This document shows positions 26,938 through 36,429 of a DNA stretch of 64,000 nt, one piece after another. The stretch is from the sequence record PV472050.1. The stretch is one strand, 5' to 3'. Below the pieces are notes generated by a model. That model had not been told where the DNA came from and searched no databases. It was given only the letters and a program-made list of their open reading frames with translations. Both the position numbers and the translations under genes were made by a program. The stretch's first letter is position 1. Every line of letters starts with the position of its first letter.

Positions 26938-27037
26938 TCCTCTACCTGCTCCACTGGGCTTAACGCTCCGGTGGAGCGGGGTAGGGGTTATTACCGCTTT
27001 AAATTTTTCAATACACCAACCCAAAAAGGTAATAACC

Positions 27038-27922
27038 ATGCCGAAGAATGAGAACAATCCTGATAAACAAGGTCTTACGTCTATCTCTGATGAAGACTTG
27101 GATAAGGCACTCAACGAACTGGACAACGCAGGGGAAGACGTAACTCCGGTGTCCAAAGAGACCGCTACGCAGCATCCGGGTACGTCGGACATCCTCAACC
27201 GCTATTCTCACCCCGCCCTTCAGCCGAAGAAGGGAACACCTGAATACATCGAGTGGAAAGCCGCTCTCAAACAGGAAGAGGACCGTTTAGTGGAATCCTT
27301 GAAGACTTCGGTAACCCAGGAACATGAAGAGAATGTCCTGAAAGGGAATACCCTGGGTACTAAACCGAAGACCAAGCAGGTAGAAGGCCTGTTGGAGATG
27401 GTGGTTCGTAAGAAGGCTGAACTCACCCAAGAAGACACCGTAGACGCCGCAGAACGCGCATTGGCAGCGCTGAAGCGAGTACGGGAATATAACCGTAAGA
27501 AACGTATTCGACTGTGGTCCATGGTTGTTGGGCTCTTGGTGGTTGTGGGAAGTGGTCTCTATGGGGGGTGGATGTTCGTCCAGAAGCAAATGCTCACCGG
27601 TCATTACACCGTAGTCGCGGAGTGCAAAGTCCCTTACGGGGATTTTGAAATTACCGGTAAGCGGTACTACCGCTACGCGTATCAATCGATTCTGGGTTAC
27701 CACCTCGTGGATGAGAGTACAGTCGAAGAAGTCACCGAAGTCAAACTCCCTGGGGATAAAATCATTATCCTGGGATTCGATGCGAGTAAAGGGAACTGGT
27801 GGCGGATGAACTATGACCGGGGAGAATTCGGTACCGTTAAACTCAAGCCTACAGATAAGTACTGGTTCGTCGGTGAGAAAGACCGTACCACCCTGGTACC
27901 TTATCACTCGTTCTGCCATTAA
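27038..27922 (+). CDS. Single-pass membrane protein
   Basis: Acidic/coiled N-terminal half, basic stretch RKKRIR, TM helix LWSMVVGLLVVVGSGLYGGWMFV, beta-rich C-terminal domain. Confidence 0.8.
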   Translation: MPKNENNPDKQGLTSISDEDLDKALNELDNAGEDVTPVSKETATQHPGTSDILNRYSHPALQPKKGTPEYIEWKAALKQEEDRLVESLKTSVTQEHEENVLKGNTLGTKPKTKQVEGLLEMVVRKKAELTQEDTVDAAERALAALKRVREYNRKKRIRLWSMVVGLLVVVGSGLYGGWMFVQKQMLTGHYTVVAECKVPYGDFEITGKRYYRYAYQSILGYHLVDESTVEEVTEVKLPGDKIIILGFDASKGNWWRMNYDRGEFGTVKLKPTDKYWFVGEKDRTTLVPYHSFCH

Positions 27923-27951
27923 ACGGTAACCTTACCGAGGGAATCAATCCC

Positions 27952-28530
27952 ATGCTGAATACCTCAGACCAACCTGTGGGTCTCTTGTCCAGTCGATTGT
28001 ACATCGATCCCAACGATGGTTCTTTCTTCATTGGTCATTTGGAAAAGTCCCACAAGAAACGGTGTCACTTAGTACGCCACAAGCTCCAATACGCGATCCG
28101 GTATTATTCATCCGTTAAACTGCCCGAGGGGTGGTTGGTGGGTATTAGTGATCGGGAGGCAAGCCGGTATTACTTCTTCCCTACCCAGGGAAGACGGAGG
28201 AGTATCCTGGTTCCTTTACCCAGTACAGCGTACCGGGAGATCTGGTTTAACCTGTTTAAAGGGCTCTGGATGACTGGTGCCCGGGAGGCTATCTACCTGC
28301 ACAGTGTCGCGTACCCCCACCTCATGGAGCTCTTGAACGAGTCCTTGGTCCCCAGAGTGATTTCTGTTGAAGGTGAATGGAAAGGGGAAGGGTATATTGC
28401 GTCTCTGGAATGGAAACCTGAAAAACCCGGTCGGTTGATCGTAACAACGACCTTGGATAATGCTAAAGACCACAGTGTTCCGATCCAATGGCATCCCATC
28501 GATGCGGTGGTTCGTCTCATCCGAAAGTAA
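27952..28530 (+). CDS. Hypothetical protein
   Basis: RBS gaggga; 192 aa. Confidence 0.7.
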   Translation: MLNTSDQPVGLLSSRLYIDPNDGSFFIGHLEKSHKKRCHLVRHKLQYAIRYYSSVKLPEGWLVGISDREASRYYFFPTQGRRRSILVPLPSTAYREIWFNLFKGLWMTGAREAIYLHSVAYPHLMELLNESLVPRVISVEGEWKGEGYIASLEWKPEKPGRLIVTTTLDNAKDHSVPIQWHPIDAVVRLIRK

Positions 28531-28542
28531 GAGGATTACATC

Positions 28543-29406
28543 ATGAAAGAAGAAAACCAGAAGAAGACCAACAGTTTCCAACGTGGCGATGTTCGCGTAG
28601 TGTCTTCTAAGACGCATCCCGGCAAATCGAAATTCCTCCCGGTAAACCTCATGGGACCGGATACGATCGAGAACCCTGACCAACTGGTCCTCCACGTTCA
28701 TCACCGTCTGACCGAAGGCCAGAAAGCGTTCTACCACACCCTGGAAACCTACGGGCTGTGTAAGGCCTACAGTTCGTCACCTGATCCCCGTACGTTGGTG
28801 ATCAACATCGCTACCGGTCTTCCCCACACCAAGGAAGAGAAAGACGCTCCTCGTCGCAGCATCGAGCTGGACGCCGGTATTATCCTCTACGCGGTTATCA
28901 GCGAACGGGAGGGTGGGCCCTTCAAAATCGTCATCGTAGGGACCGCTACCCATACGACCTATTTGGTGATCCGTGAGGACGTTGCCTTCTCGTTCATCAT
29001 CGATAAGGTGTCGTTGTCGGTTCAGGATGCGGTAGTCGCCCTGTACGCCAGCAACCTCAGCAAAGGTCGGGGTCTCTTCGAGAACACCGCTAAACACCTT
29101 CCGGACTTCTTCTACAAGCTGTTTAAGGCGGTCTTCCCGGAAATGGTTCGTCTGGAATTCACGATCACTCACATTCATGAAGACAGTGTTCGTGTTGCAC
29201 TGTACTGGGATCCTAGGGGACCTAACAAGAATCTCATTGCCTGCAATGGGTTTGTCTTCCCGTTGGACATTTCCCAGTTCCCGGGTAAACAAATCTCCCG
29301 GGGGTATAACCTCCAGAAGAAAGAAACCCGGCATGTCGCCCACAAACAAAAGACATCTGACCTGTCAGTCAACACCCAGCGTCTGTTGGAAAAGTTCTCG
29401 AAATAG
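28543..29406 (+). CDS. Hypothetical protein
   Basis: RBS gagga; 287 aa; hairpin at 29418-29443 downstream. Confidence 0.75.
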   Translation: MKEENQKKTNSFQRGDVRVVSSKTHPGKSKFLPVNLMGPDTIENPDQLVLHVHHRLTEGQKAFYHTLETYGLCKAYSSSPDPRTLVINIATGLPHTKEEKDAPRRSIELDAGIILYAVISEREGGPFKIVIVGTATHTTYLVIREDVAFSFIIDKVSLSVQDAVVALYASNLSKGRGLFENTAKHLPDFFYKLFKAVFPEMVRLEFTITHIHEDSVRVALYWDPRGPNKNLIACNGFVFPLDISQFPGKQISRGYNLQKKETRHVAHKQKTSDLSVNTQRLLEKFSK

Positions 29407-29489
29407 TCTGTGAGTACGAGGTGGGGGGTAACGCCCCCACCTCTACCTATGCTGTAACGCGCTGTAATACCCTTTAAAGAGTTTTTAAC

Positions 29490-29990
29490 ATGAAAGGTAC
29501 CCTACCCCATTACCAGATCAGAATTATCGCTAGAAGTGCCTTTACAGACGATTTAAAGGAGAGACTCAAACCACTGTATGAAAACCTCTTTCACCACGAA
29601 CTCCATCTCGTCATCGGTACTAAGACAACCCGTGAGCTGTTTAAACCTTCCACCCGTAGACATCCCCATCCCTCCGTTATTGAGAAACGGTACGAAGACT
29701 TCTTCAAAATAACCGACAAGATAGTACTCGTTACTCACTTGGGAGAAGCCGTGGGATATCTGGCGGTGGTTAAGAACAAGATCACCTCACTCTTTGTTGA
29801 AGAAGACTTCCGGAAGCTAGGCTTAGGGCGGATCATGGTGTCCAAGTTACAACGGGGTGGACATCCTGTGAACCGGTTCCTCTACGTTCAATGCTTTACC
29901 CAGAATACAGCTGGTATCAACTTCTACCGGAAAGTTGGGTTTAAGGAAATTGACAGAGGAGAGATCTACACGGTTTTGTTAATGGAATAA
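29490..29990 (+). CDS. GNAT family acetyltransferase (second copy)
   Basis: ITSLFVEEDFRKLGLGRIMV and NTAGINFYRKVGF. Confidence 0.88.
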   Translation: MKGTLPHYQIRIIARSAFTDDLKERLKPLYENLFHHELHLVIGTKTTRELFKPSTRRHPHPSVIEKRYEDFFKITDKIVLVTHLGEAVGYLAVVKNKITSLFVEEDFRKLGLGRIMVSKLQRGGHPVNRFLYVQCFTQNTAGINFYRKVGFKEIDRGEIYTVLLME

Positions 29991-29998
29991 ACACCGTA

Positions 29999-30028
29999 CT
30001 AGGAGTAGCCCATAAGGGCTACTCCTAG
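29999..30028. terminator. Bidirectional hairpin between convergent blocks
   Basis: ctaggagtagccc-ataa-gggctactcctag, with T-rich sequence downstream. Confidence 0.75.
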
Positions 30029-30048
30029 GGGTGTATTTTATTTTTGTT

Positions 30049-30975
30049 TCAAAAGAAGCGGTAGATATCACGGTAGCGTCCTGCTTGGTAGTAATCTCCT
30101 GATCCAATGGTGGAGGAATTAACACCCCCTACCAGGTAAATCCCACTGTCATCCGTGAGCATCTCAAAGGCATACCGTTTAGTTACCGTGGTCATTTGCT
30201 TGTACCAACGGTCTTTCAGTATGTCGTAAATATGGAACACGATGTAACCGTTTTCAACACCACAGAGAATCAGGAACTGTTTCCACGAAGTCCCCCCAGT
30301 CCAACTACTGGCAATAGGTGCTTCTGTTACCGTTCTCCAGGTGTTGGTAACGGGATCGTATTCCCTGACCAGTCTTGACGTACCCGCGGGGTCGTTCCAT
30401 CCCCCGAATACATAGATCTTTCCATTGAACTGTCCGATGTAATGCCCATTGAGCGCCATCGGCATATCCGCTTTACGGGTCCAGACGTTGGTGGTGGTGT
30501 CATACTGGTGGTTGAGGGCTGTGGGTTTATTGGTACTCCCCATGTAACCCCCCATGCAGAAGATCGTCTTATCATCCAGGGTAATACACCGACCTTGTCC
30601 TCGGGCTCCATCCGGGAGGTTATTCAAGTTCGTTGAAGACCCTGTTGAAGGATTCAATTTCCACACATGACTCACATAGTTCCCATTATTACCGGTAATA
30701 CCCCAGAAGGAACTGTTGCAGTAACACCCGCCACTCCAGGCCCATACGGAGATATTCCCGGTAGTGGCCCACGTACGGGTGGTAAAGTCATAACGGGTAT
30801 ACGTCTGTTGTTGACCCCCACCGGCAAACTGACCTCCGAAGATATGAATCTTCCCTCCACCGATACCCGCACTGAAGTTAGCAATACCGTTGAAAGGAAC
30901 TTGAGTCACCCATTCCATTCGTCCCAGAATGTAGGGGTTATCATCAGAAAGGGTAAATAGTTGACTTTCTAACAT
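30049..30975 (-). CDS. Kelch-repeat beta-propeller protein
   Basis: Repeated IHIFGG, IFCMGG, IYVFGG and IYLVGG units with Y/W-D-x-x-T-x-x-W motifs. Confidence 0.85.
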   Translation of the reverse strand: MLESQLFTLSDDNPYILGRMEWVTQVPFNGIANFSAGIGGGKIHIFGGQFAGGGQQQTYTRYDFTTRTWATTGNISVWAWSGGCYCNSSFWGITGNNGNYVSHVWKLNPSTGSSTNLNNLPDGARGQGRCITLDDKTIFCMGGYMGSTNKPTALNHQYDTTTNVWTRKADMPMALNGHYIGQFNGKIYVFGGWNDPAGTSRLVREYDPVTNTWRTVTEAPIASSWTGGTSWKQFLILCGVENGYIVFHIYDILKDRWYKQMTTVTKRYAFEMLTDDSGIYLVGGVNSSTIGSGDYYQAGRYRDIYRFF

Positions 30976-31021
30976 GAAGCCGCTCCTAAAGAGAGGGTGT
31001 TAACGTCCTCTCTTACTGATT

Positions 31022-31696
31022 TCAGTTCAACACAAACAAAGGACCCGGAACGGGAGGGAGTTCCTCTGCGGTGGTGGCTTCTTCGGCTCTATCCATAAGG
31101 GACCATATCGTTTCCAGTCCCTCTTGGATACGGGACGTCACTTCGTTGGACAAGTCAATGGTTTCTTGAGCGGTCAGGGAAAGTGTTACACCTTCCTTGG
31201 TACGAATAGAAGCGGAGAAGGGTTTCTCCTCGCGCAATGCTTCTTTCGCCTGGATACTCAAGGCCGTCAAATGGATTCGGTGGGTGGATTCGATCAAGAG
31301 GGTGTGGACCGTCTCCCCGAATCGCACTTCCATGCCTGTGTAGAAAGCCGCCGCAATCACATTCTGGATTTCATTCTTACGAATGTCCTTAGCGGATCGG
31401 AGGCGTTCTGCGACTTCCTCAGGGGTAAAGTCCCGAGTGGTCCACTGCTGGGTCCAATACCCGTCAATCTGTTTAGGGGGGAGTTCAACCGGTACATCCC
31501 CGGCGGGTGGCTGGGTCAATTGAACGACAGCCATCAGGAAGGGTTCTCCTTCCAAAGCACTGGCTTGTAGTTTACTGGGAATGGGCCAGTCAGGGAACTT
31601 CTTCCGAACATCCTCAATGTAAAGAGGATATTCCCCCGTACGCGTGTCAATCAAGGCGGTGCTTTCATACACCACAGTTACCCTATCCATACTCAT
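31022..31696 (-). CDS. Tail-fibre assembly chaperone-like protein (DUF4376-like C-terminus)
   Basis: ATG at 31696 after gaggag. The pattern WTQQWTTRDFTPEEVAERLRSAKDIRKNEI...AEEATTAEEL is typical of fibre chaperones. Confidence 0.6.
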   Translation of the reverse strand: MSMDRVTVVYESTALIDTRTGEYPLYIEDVRKKFPDWPIPSKLQASALEGEPFLMAVVQLTQPPAGDVPVELPPKQIDGYWTQQWTTRDFTPEEVAERLRSAKDIRKNEIQNVIAAAFYTGMEVRFGETVHTLLIESTHRIHLTALSIQAKEALREEKPFSASIRTKEGVTLSLTAQETIDLSNEVTSRIQEGLETIWSLMDRAEEATTAEELPPVPGPLFVLN

Positions 31697-31704
31697 TCTC
31701 CTCA

Positions 31705-33207
31705 TTACGTGATTTTAATCCGATACCCTTGGGAACCGCCAAAGAGGTAGAGGGCTTGGTTGTAGTTCACCCCCCACGCACTCGTAGCAACACCCGAGCC
31801 CAAACTTCCCAATAGCACCCACTTGTTCAACCGAGGTTCAAAATACTGAATCGGTTGATCATTAACACTCCCCGCAATCGCGTAGAGTTCTCCATTGTTC
31901 CCCAGTACAAAGGCTGCACCAACTGGGATACCAGGAAGAGTCACCGTTGTCCAGGTGTTCGTAGCCGGGTTATACTGGTACATCCCAGGGTTGTTCGCCC
32001 CCGCCACTACCCCACCAATAACACTCACCTTCCCTTGGTAAACCATTACCGTAAAGTCAGAACAATCTCCACTCTCAGCGAAGGCCTTAAGGACAGTGTG
32101 GGTATTGGCAACAGGATCGTACGCAATCAAGAAGCCTTTATTCGTGGTGGGTGTTCCTGACTGTACCCCGCAGATGTACACCTTCCCATTGAGATAAACC
32201 GCTCCACCTGTCAGCGGAGTCAGGGGCATATTAGGTAAACGGGTAACGATGTTCGTAGTGGGATTATACCCGTACGCATCATTCGCAGCGCCTCCTAGGA
32301 AGTAAAGAACATCCTTACCATCAGAAACCAGGATGGAGTTCTTCCGGGGGGGATTGGTAGGCCCTGTTGGACTCAGGGTTTCAAGTACCCGGGTTTCAAA
32401 GTTAACCCGACGGAACTCTTTGGTAGCGGTCTCTACCCCACCGTAGTAGTAAATATGGTTTCCATGGACACATCCCCGTCCGGTATTGAATAACAATGAA
32501 CCCGGCCAGTTATCCATCGCTTCACTCTGACCTTCAATAAACGGGTACGTCCCCTTGGCATACAGAATAGGTCGCCATCCCTGGGTAGGGACTTCAGAAT
32601 CACTGGCAGAGTACGTGACATTCCTAATGGTGTACCACCCTCGATACGCTTGAGTGGTACCGGGTTCATTACCCGTAATGTCTTTACCCCAGTTGGTATT
32701 CCCGTCAGTATTCCCACCACTGGCCGCTTGATTCATCCCCAGTTCTGCATCCGTGAACCGAGTGGGCCAGTTGAATCCATTGGGATCTGATACATGGACG
32801 TTATACAACAACCGGTCCCATTCAGACGTTGCCGTATTGCCATCACTCCCCATGGTCAAGAGACCCACGGTGTAAATAACCCCTCGGTACCGGAGCTCAT
32901 AGCTCCCTGTCCGTAGACCGGCTTGGGTCAACAGAATACGCCGAACATTATTCCGGATCGGCATTTGAGGAATGTAACAGGTTTCATTGTGGTTCGAAAA
33001 CTTCAACCACGGTTTGCCTTCATTGATCACTTTACCAAAGGCAATCCCAGTGAGTTTCGCTAAATCCTCGTAACCAAACAATTCCGTTGCAGGAGTGATC
33101 CCGTACCATCCTTGGGCAAGACTACCTGCTTTCAGTTTAGAAGGCCCCGGATAAGGATCGTCCGGAAAGGCATTCGCGGTCGATGTAAAGAGTAACGCTT
33201 CTATCAT
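31705..33207 (-). CDS. Virion-type protein (MIEALL N-terminal domain) fused to a Kelch propeller
   Basis: N-terminal PGPSKLKAGS...GWYG...WLKF domain; C-terminal YYYGG, LYFLGG, VSVIGG and LYLFGG Kelch blades. Confidence 0.75.
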   Translation of the reverse strand: MIEALLFTSTANAFPDDPYPGPSKLKAGSLAQGWYGITPATELFGYEDLAKLTGIAFGKVINEGKPWLKFSNHNETCYIPQMPIRNNVRRILLTQAGLRTGSYELRYRGVIYTVGLLTMGSDGNTATSEWDRLLYNVHVSDPNGFNWPTRFTDAELGMNQAASGGNTDGNTNWGKDITGNEPGTTQAYRGWYTIRNVTYSASDSEVPTQGWRPILYAKGTYPFIEGQSEAMDNWPGSLLFNTGRGCVHGNHIYYYGGVETATKEFRRVNFETRVLETLSPTGPTNPPRKNSILVSDGKDVLYFLGGAANDAYGYNPTTNIVTRLPNMPLTPLTGGAVYLNGKVYICGVQSGTPTTNKGFLIAYDPVANTHTVLKAFAESGDCSDFTVMVYQGKVSVIGGVVAGANNPGMYQYNPATNTWTTVTLPGIPVGAAFVLGNNGELYAIAGSVNDQPIQYFEPRLNKWVLLGSLGSGVATSAWGVNYNQALYLFGGSQGYRIKIT

Positions 33208-33271
33208 GATGACTTATACCCCAAAAAGAATACCAGGGAGACCCCGTAGAGCCCCCCTGGTAGTCATACTG

Positions 33272-36200
33272 TTAAGGAACAACAGCCCCCAACGCACCAA
33301 TCCATTTGGTTCCATTCCAGGTAAAGACGTAGACCAGTTCAGATCCACTGACGGATGGGGGAGTTCCGTTATGCCACACCAAGGGTGTTGCATCCTTACC
33401 AGCGAAGGTCACAACACCCGCTCCGCCGGTGACATTAACCGTCAGGACCATCCCACGTACCGGGGCTTTAGGTCCATCAGCAATCACCATTTGCTTACCC
33501 CCCGCCGCGGTGTTATTGATCTGGATGTACTGATCCACCAACGGATTGATTTCCCCACTGGTCGTAAAGACCTTAATCGGCAAATCATAGCGGTCAAAGG
33601 TGAGATCCAACTCCTTCCATTCAGGAATATCCGTACCGGCACGGAAGACCCGAACGTACTGTTTACCATCCTTGGCTTGGAGGTCTTCAATACCCTTCGG
33701 AAACTCAATAGCTTTCCATTCGGTACCGTCACCTTCTGCATTGACAGCCTGGGCGTAATACGACCCTGGAACCGCATTCGGTACGGGACCAATAGGGAGG
33801 GGTACCCAACGGTTACCCAACCGAACAACTCGGCCTTCAGACTCCATGGGGGAATTGACATCACCTGCCACCAAACGTCCCCACAGGACCCAACCCCGAT
33901 CAACGGTCTTGTAGAAGACGTTGAAGGTCTCAGAGACTGCCCAGTCACCGACTCGACCACTGAAGGCATCCGATGGTGCGTCTACACCCGGCGGCAACGT
34001 AAGCCACCGGCTGCCTTGCTCACCCTGAATACCGGGTTTCCCTTGAGGTCCGGGAGGGCCGTCACCCCCGGTCTTCCCGGTTTGACCGCGCCATTCACCG
34101 GTTTCACGCCAGGCGTTAGTCGACGTACTCCAGATGGCTAGGGTGTTGGACTCCGCCAGGTAATACGCATCCCCCGCAACCCCCGCAGGAATAGCCGCTT
34201 GTAAAGCTGCCAGGTTCGCATAATCCCCTTTAATGGGTACCGTAGGACCTTCGGGGCCTTGTTCACCCCGTTCCCCGTTCTTACCCGGTTCACCCCGGAA
34301 ATCAAACCCAGGACTCCACTCGCCCTCATCATTCACGAAATACGTTAAATGATTCTCCAGAACGAGGATGGCATCACCTTGCTTATAACCACCTGACGCA
34401 GGCAGTTCCGCCAAGGTGGGTACCACGTCCACCATGTTCAACCCAGCACCGGGAGCGCCATCACTCCCTGGCATGGACACCGGACCCACGTTATCCCAAC
34501 GAGTTCCGGTATTCACCCAGAGGTCTTTATTTAGGTCAACGTAGGCTTTACCTTGAGTTTCCTCGTTAATCGGAGGAGGATCTGCATCCGCAGGTGTCAG
34601 GACTTTAATGATGTCCAAGGACTTACCATTCAGGCCATCCTTACCGTCCTCACCATCCTTCCCTTTAAAGACACCCAGATTCGCCCATGCATTCGAAATG
34701 AATCCATAGATCGCGTTTTCATCACGAACAGCATAGACCCATTGATCTTCAGGATTCGCAGGAAGATCCGCTACTGTGTCAACCACACCCCGAAGAACAA
34801 TGTTGGTGCCGTCACGACCATGGAGGCTGGCTAGGAACTCCTCTTCACTCCCAGTATTCCCTTTGGAAATCCAGAGTTCATACGTGGACTGACCATCGAT
34901 ACCGTCTTTCCCTTTAAAGGGACCCAGGTCCAACCAGGTCGAACTCGCTGCACTCCATACGTACAACCGAAGGGTGTCTCGTGTCACATACCCATCTTGG
35001 TTAGCCGGAGGGTTGGGTAGGTTGTCCAGATCAGCACGGGTCCCTACAGTCCCCAAGACATTCAAGTTCTCACCGGGTTCGCCTTTCATGGCCGCCCAGT
35101 AATCATCTTCCGTCTTACCTTGGTTCTCGGGTTTATTCAACCAGACCTGAACACTATTCAGACCACCCGGTCCTACATCACCCTTATCCCCTTTAAACCC
35201 CCCCAGCTTCCGCCATGCGCTGTTCAGGTAGATGTACAGGGTATTCTCATCCTGAACCGAATAAACATCCTGTTCTACACCGGGGTTGGGGAGGTCATCT
35301 ATGGTCGCTACGGTGTCTTTAACGATCAAATTACGACCGTCAACACCGTTTCTACCATCTTCTCCCTTGAATTTACCCAGAATTACCCAGTTATTCTCAA
35401 TCCACATACGGACTGTATTGTCCGCGCGAACCGACCAGGCATCCTGTTCAGCCGCGTTACTCGGGAGTTCACTGGCCAGGTCTACCGCCCCTTTCACCAC
35501 GATACTCTTACCGTCGGTACCGTCCTTACCGTCCTTGCCCTTATACTGACCGACATCAACCCAATCCGTACGGTCTGCAATGTAGATCCACAGGTGGCCC
35601 GTATCCAACGTCACCCAGCCATGTTGATCAACCGGGTCTTTAGCATTCAGCGCATTACGGTCAGCCACAGTTCCCTGTACCTGAAGGTTAGCCCCGCGTT
35701 CACCCCGAATGGCTTCCTGCCACTGTGTAATGGTTTTGTTCTCGTTACCGGGAATCTTCTTCCAGGTTTCGAACGCATCATCTCCCTGAGGGCCTTTATC
35801 GCCCCGTTGGGAATCCAGGAACTCCTGAAGAGTCTTTTCTTCATTCCCAGGAATCTCTTTCCACAGCTCGAAGGTACTCTTGCCGTCAGGACCTCGAATA
35901 TTCAAACTTTCCCAGACAAACTCACCCGCTGTTTTACCCGGAACCAGGACATGGATATCATTCCGCCACAGGTAGGCATCCCCGGGTTTATTTCCTTCAG
36001 GCAGAGGGAGATCGAGGTTGTCGGGCCAAACACCCAACAGGTTAATCCCCCGTTCCCCTTGCAAGGAACCCGAAGACGCCCATTCGGTGCCGTTCCATAC
36101 CCTTAGGGCAAAGTTAACGAAGTAGGCCGTACCGATCGGAAGCCCTTGGGTATCAATAGCCTCCAGTTCAGCTTCCGAATTGAGCTTACCTTTAAGAACA

Positions 36201-36412
36201 ACCCCTTGAGTTGAGAGGGATTCTAGACTCTCCTTCAGCCACCGGGTACGCGCATCCAGCACACGCGCTTGGAAGTTAGCCGCGCCCTCGCCATTGTCTC
36301 CCCCACGAACCCGTACGTCAGTCACCAGAGCCGGAAGGTGTTCTTCCCATCGAGACTCCTCGACGATTGCTGGTAATTCACCCGGCGTTACTGTTTCATC
36401 ACCAATAGCCAT
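33272..36412 (-). CDS. Collagen-like tail fibre, 1046 aa
   Basis: N-terminal anchor W...ANFQARVLDARTRWLK, many short Gly-X-Y stretches alternating with ~40-aa globular repeats, and a C-terminal beta domain. Confidence 0.85.
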   Translation of the reverse strand: MAIGDETVTPGELPAIVEESRWEEHLPALVTDVRVRGGDNGEGAANFQARVLDARTRWLKESLESLSTQGVVLKGKLNSEAELEAIDTQGLPIGTAYFVNFALRVWNGTEWASSGSLQGERGINLLGVWPDNLDLPLPEGNKPGDAYLWRNDIHVLVPGKTAGEFVWESLNIRGPDGKSTFELWKEIPGNEEKTLQEFLDSQRGDKGPQGDDAFETWKKIPGNENKTITQWQEAIRGERGANLQVQGTVADRNALNAKDPVDQHGWVTLDTGHLWIYIADRTDWVDVGQYKGKDGKDGTDGKSIVVKGAVDLASELPSNAAEQDAWSVRADNTVRMWIENNWVILGKFKGEDGRNGVDGRNLIVKDTVATIDDLPNPGVEQDVYSVQDENTLYIYLNSAWRKLGGFKGDKGDVGPGGLNSVQVWLNKPENQGKTEDDYWAAMKGEPGENLNVLGTVGTRADLDNLPNPPANQDGYVTRDTLRLYVWSAASSTWLDLGPFKGKDGIDGQSTYELWISKGNTGSEEEFLASLHGRDGTNIVLRGVVDTVADLPANPEDQWVYAVRDENAIYGFISNAWANLGVFKGKDGEDGKDGLNGKSLDIIKVLTPADADPPPINEETQGKAYVDLNKDLWVNTGTRWDNVGPVSMPGSDGAPGAGLNMVDVVPTLAELPASGGYKQGDAILVLENHLTYFVNDEGEWSPGFDFRGEPGKNGERGEQGPEGPTVPIKGDYANLAALQAAIPAGVAGDAYYLAESNTLAIWSTSTNAWRETGEWRGQTGKTGGDGPPGPQGKPGIQGEQGSRWLTLPPGVDAPSDAFSGRVGDWAVSETFNVFYKTVDRGWVLWGRLVAGDVNSPMESEGRVVRLGNRWVPLPIGPVPNAVPGSYYAQAVNAEGDGTEWKAIEFPKGIEDLQAKDGKQYVRVFRAGTDIPEWKELDLTFDRYDLPIKVFTTSGEINPLVDQYIQINNTAAGGKQMVIADGPKAPVRGMVLTVNVTGGAGVVTFAGKDATPLVWHNGTPPSVSGSELVYVFTWNGTKWIGALGAVVP

Positions 36413-36429
36413 TTAAGAAATTCCTCTGA

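Noticed and set aside
33272-36412. Periodic sequence as a possible CRISPR array or tandem DNA repeat
   Set aside because: The periodicity is at the protein level (Gly-X-Y and bead repeats). There are no identical DNA repeats with unique spacers.
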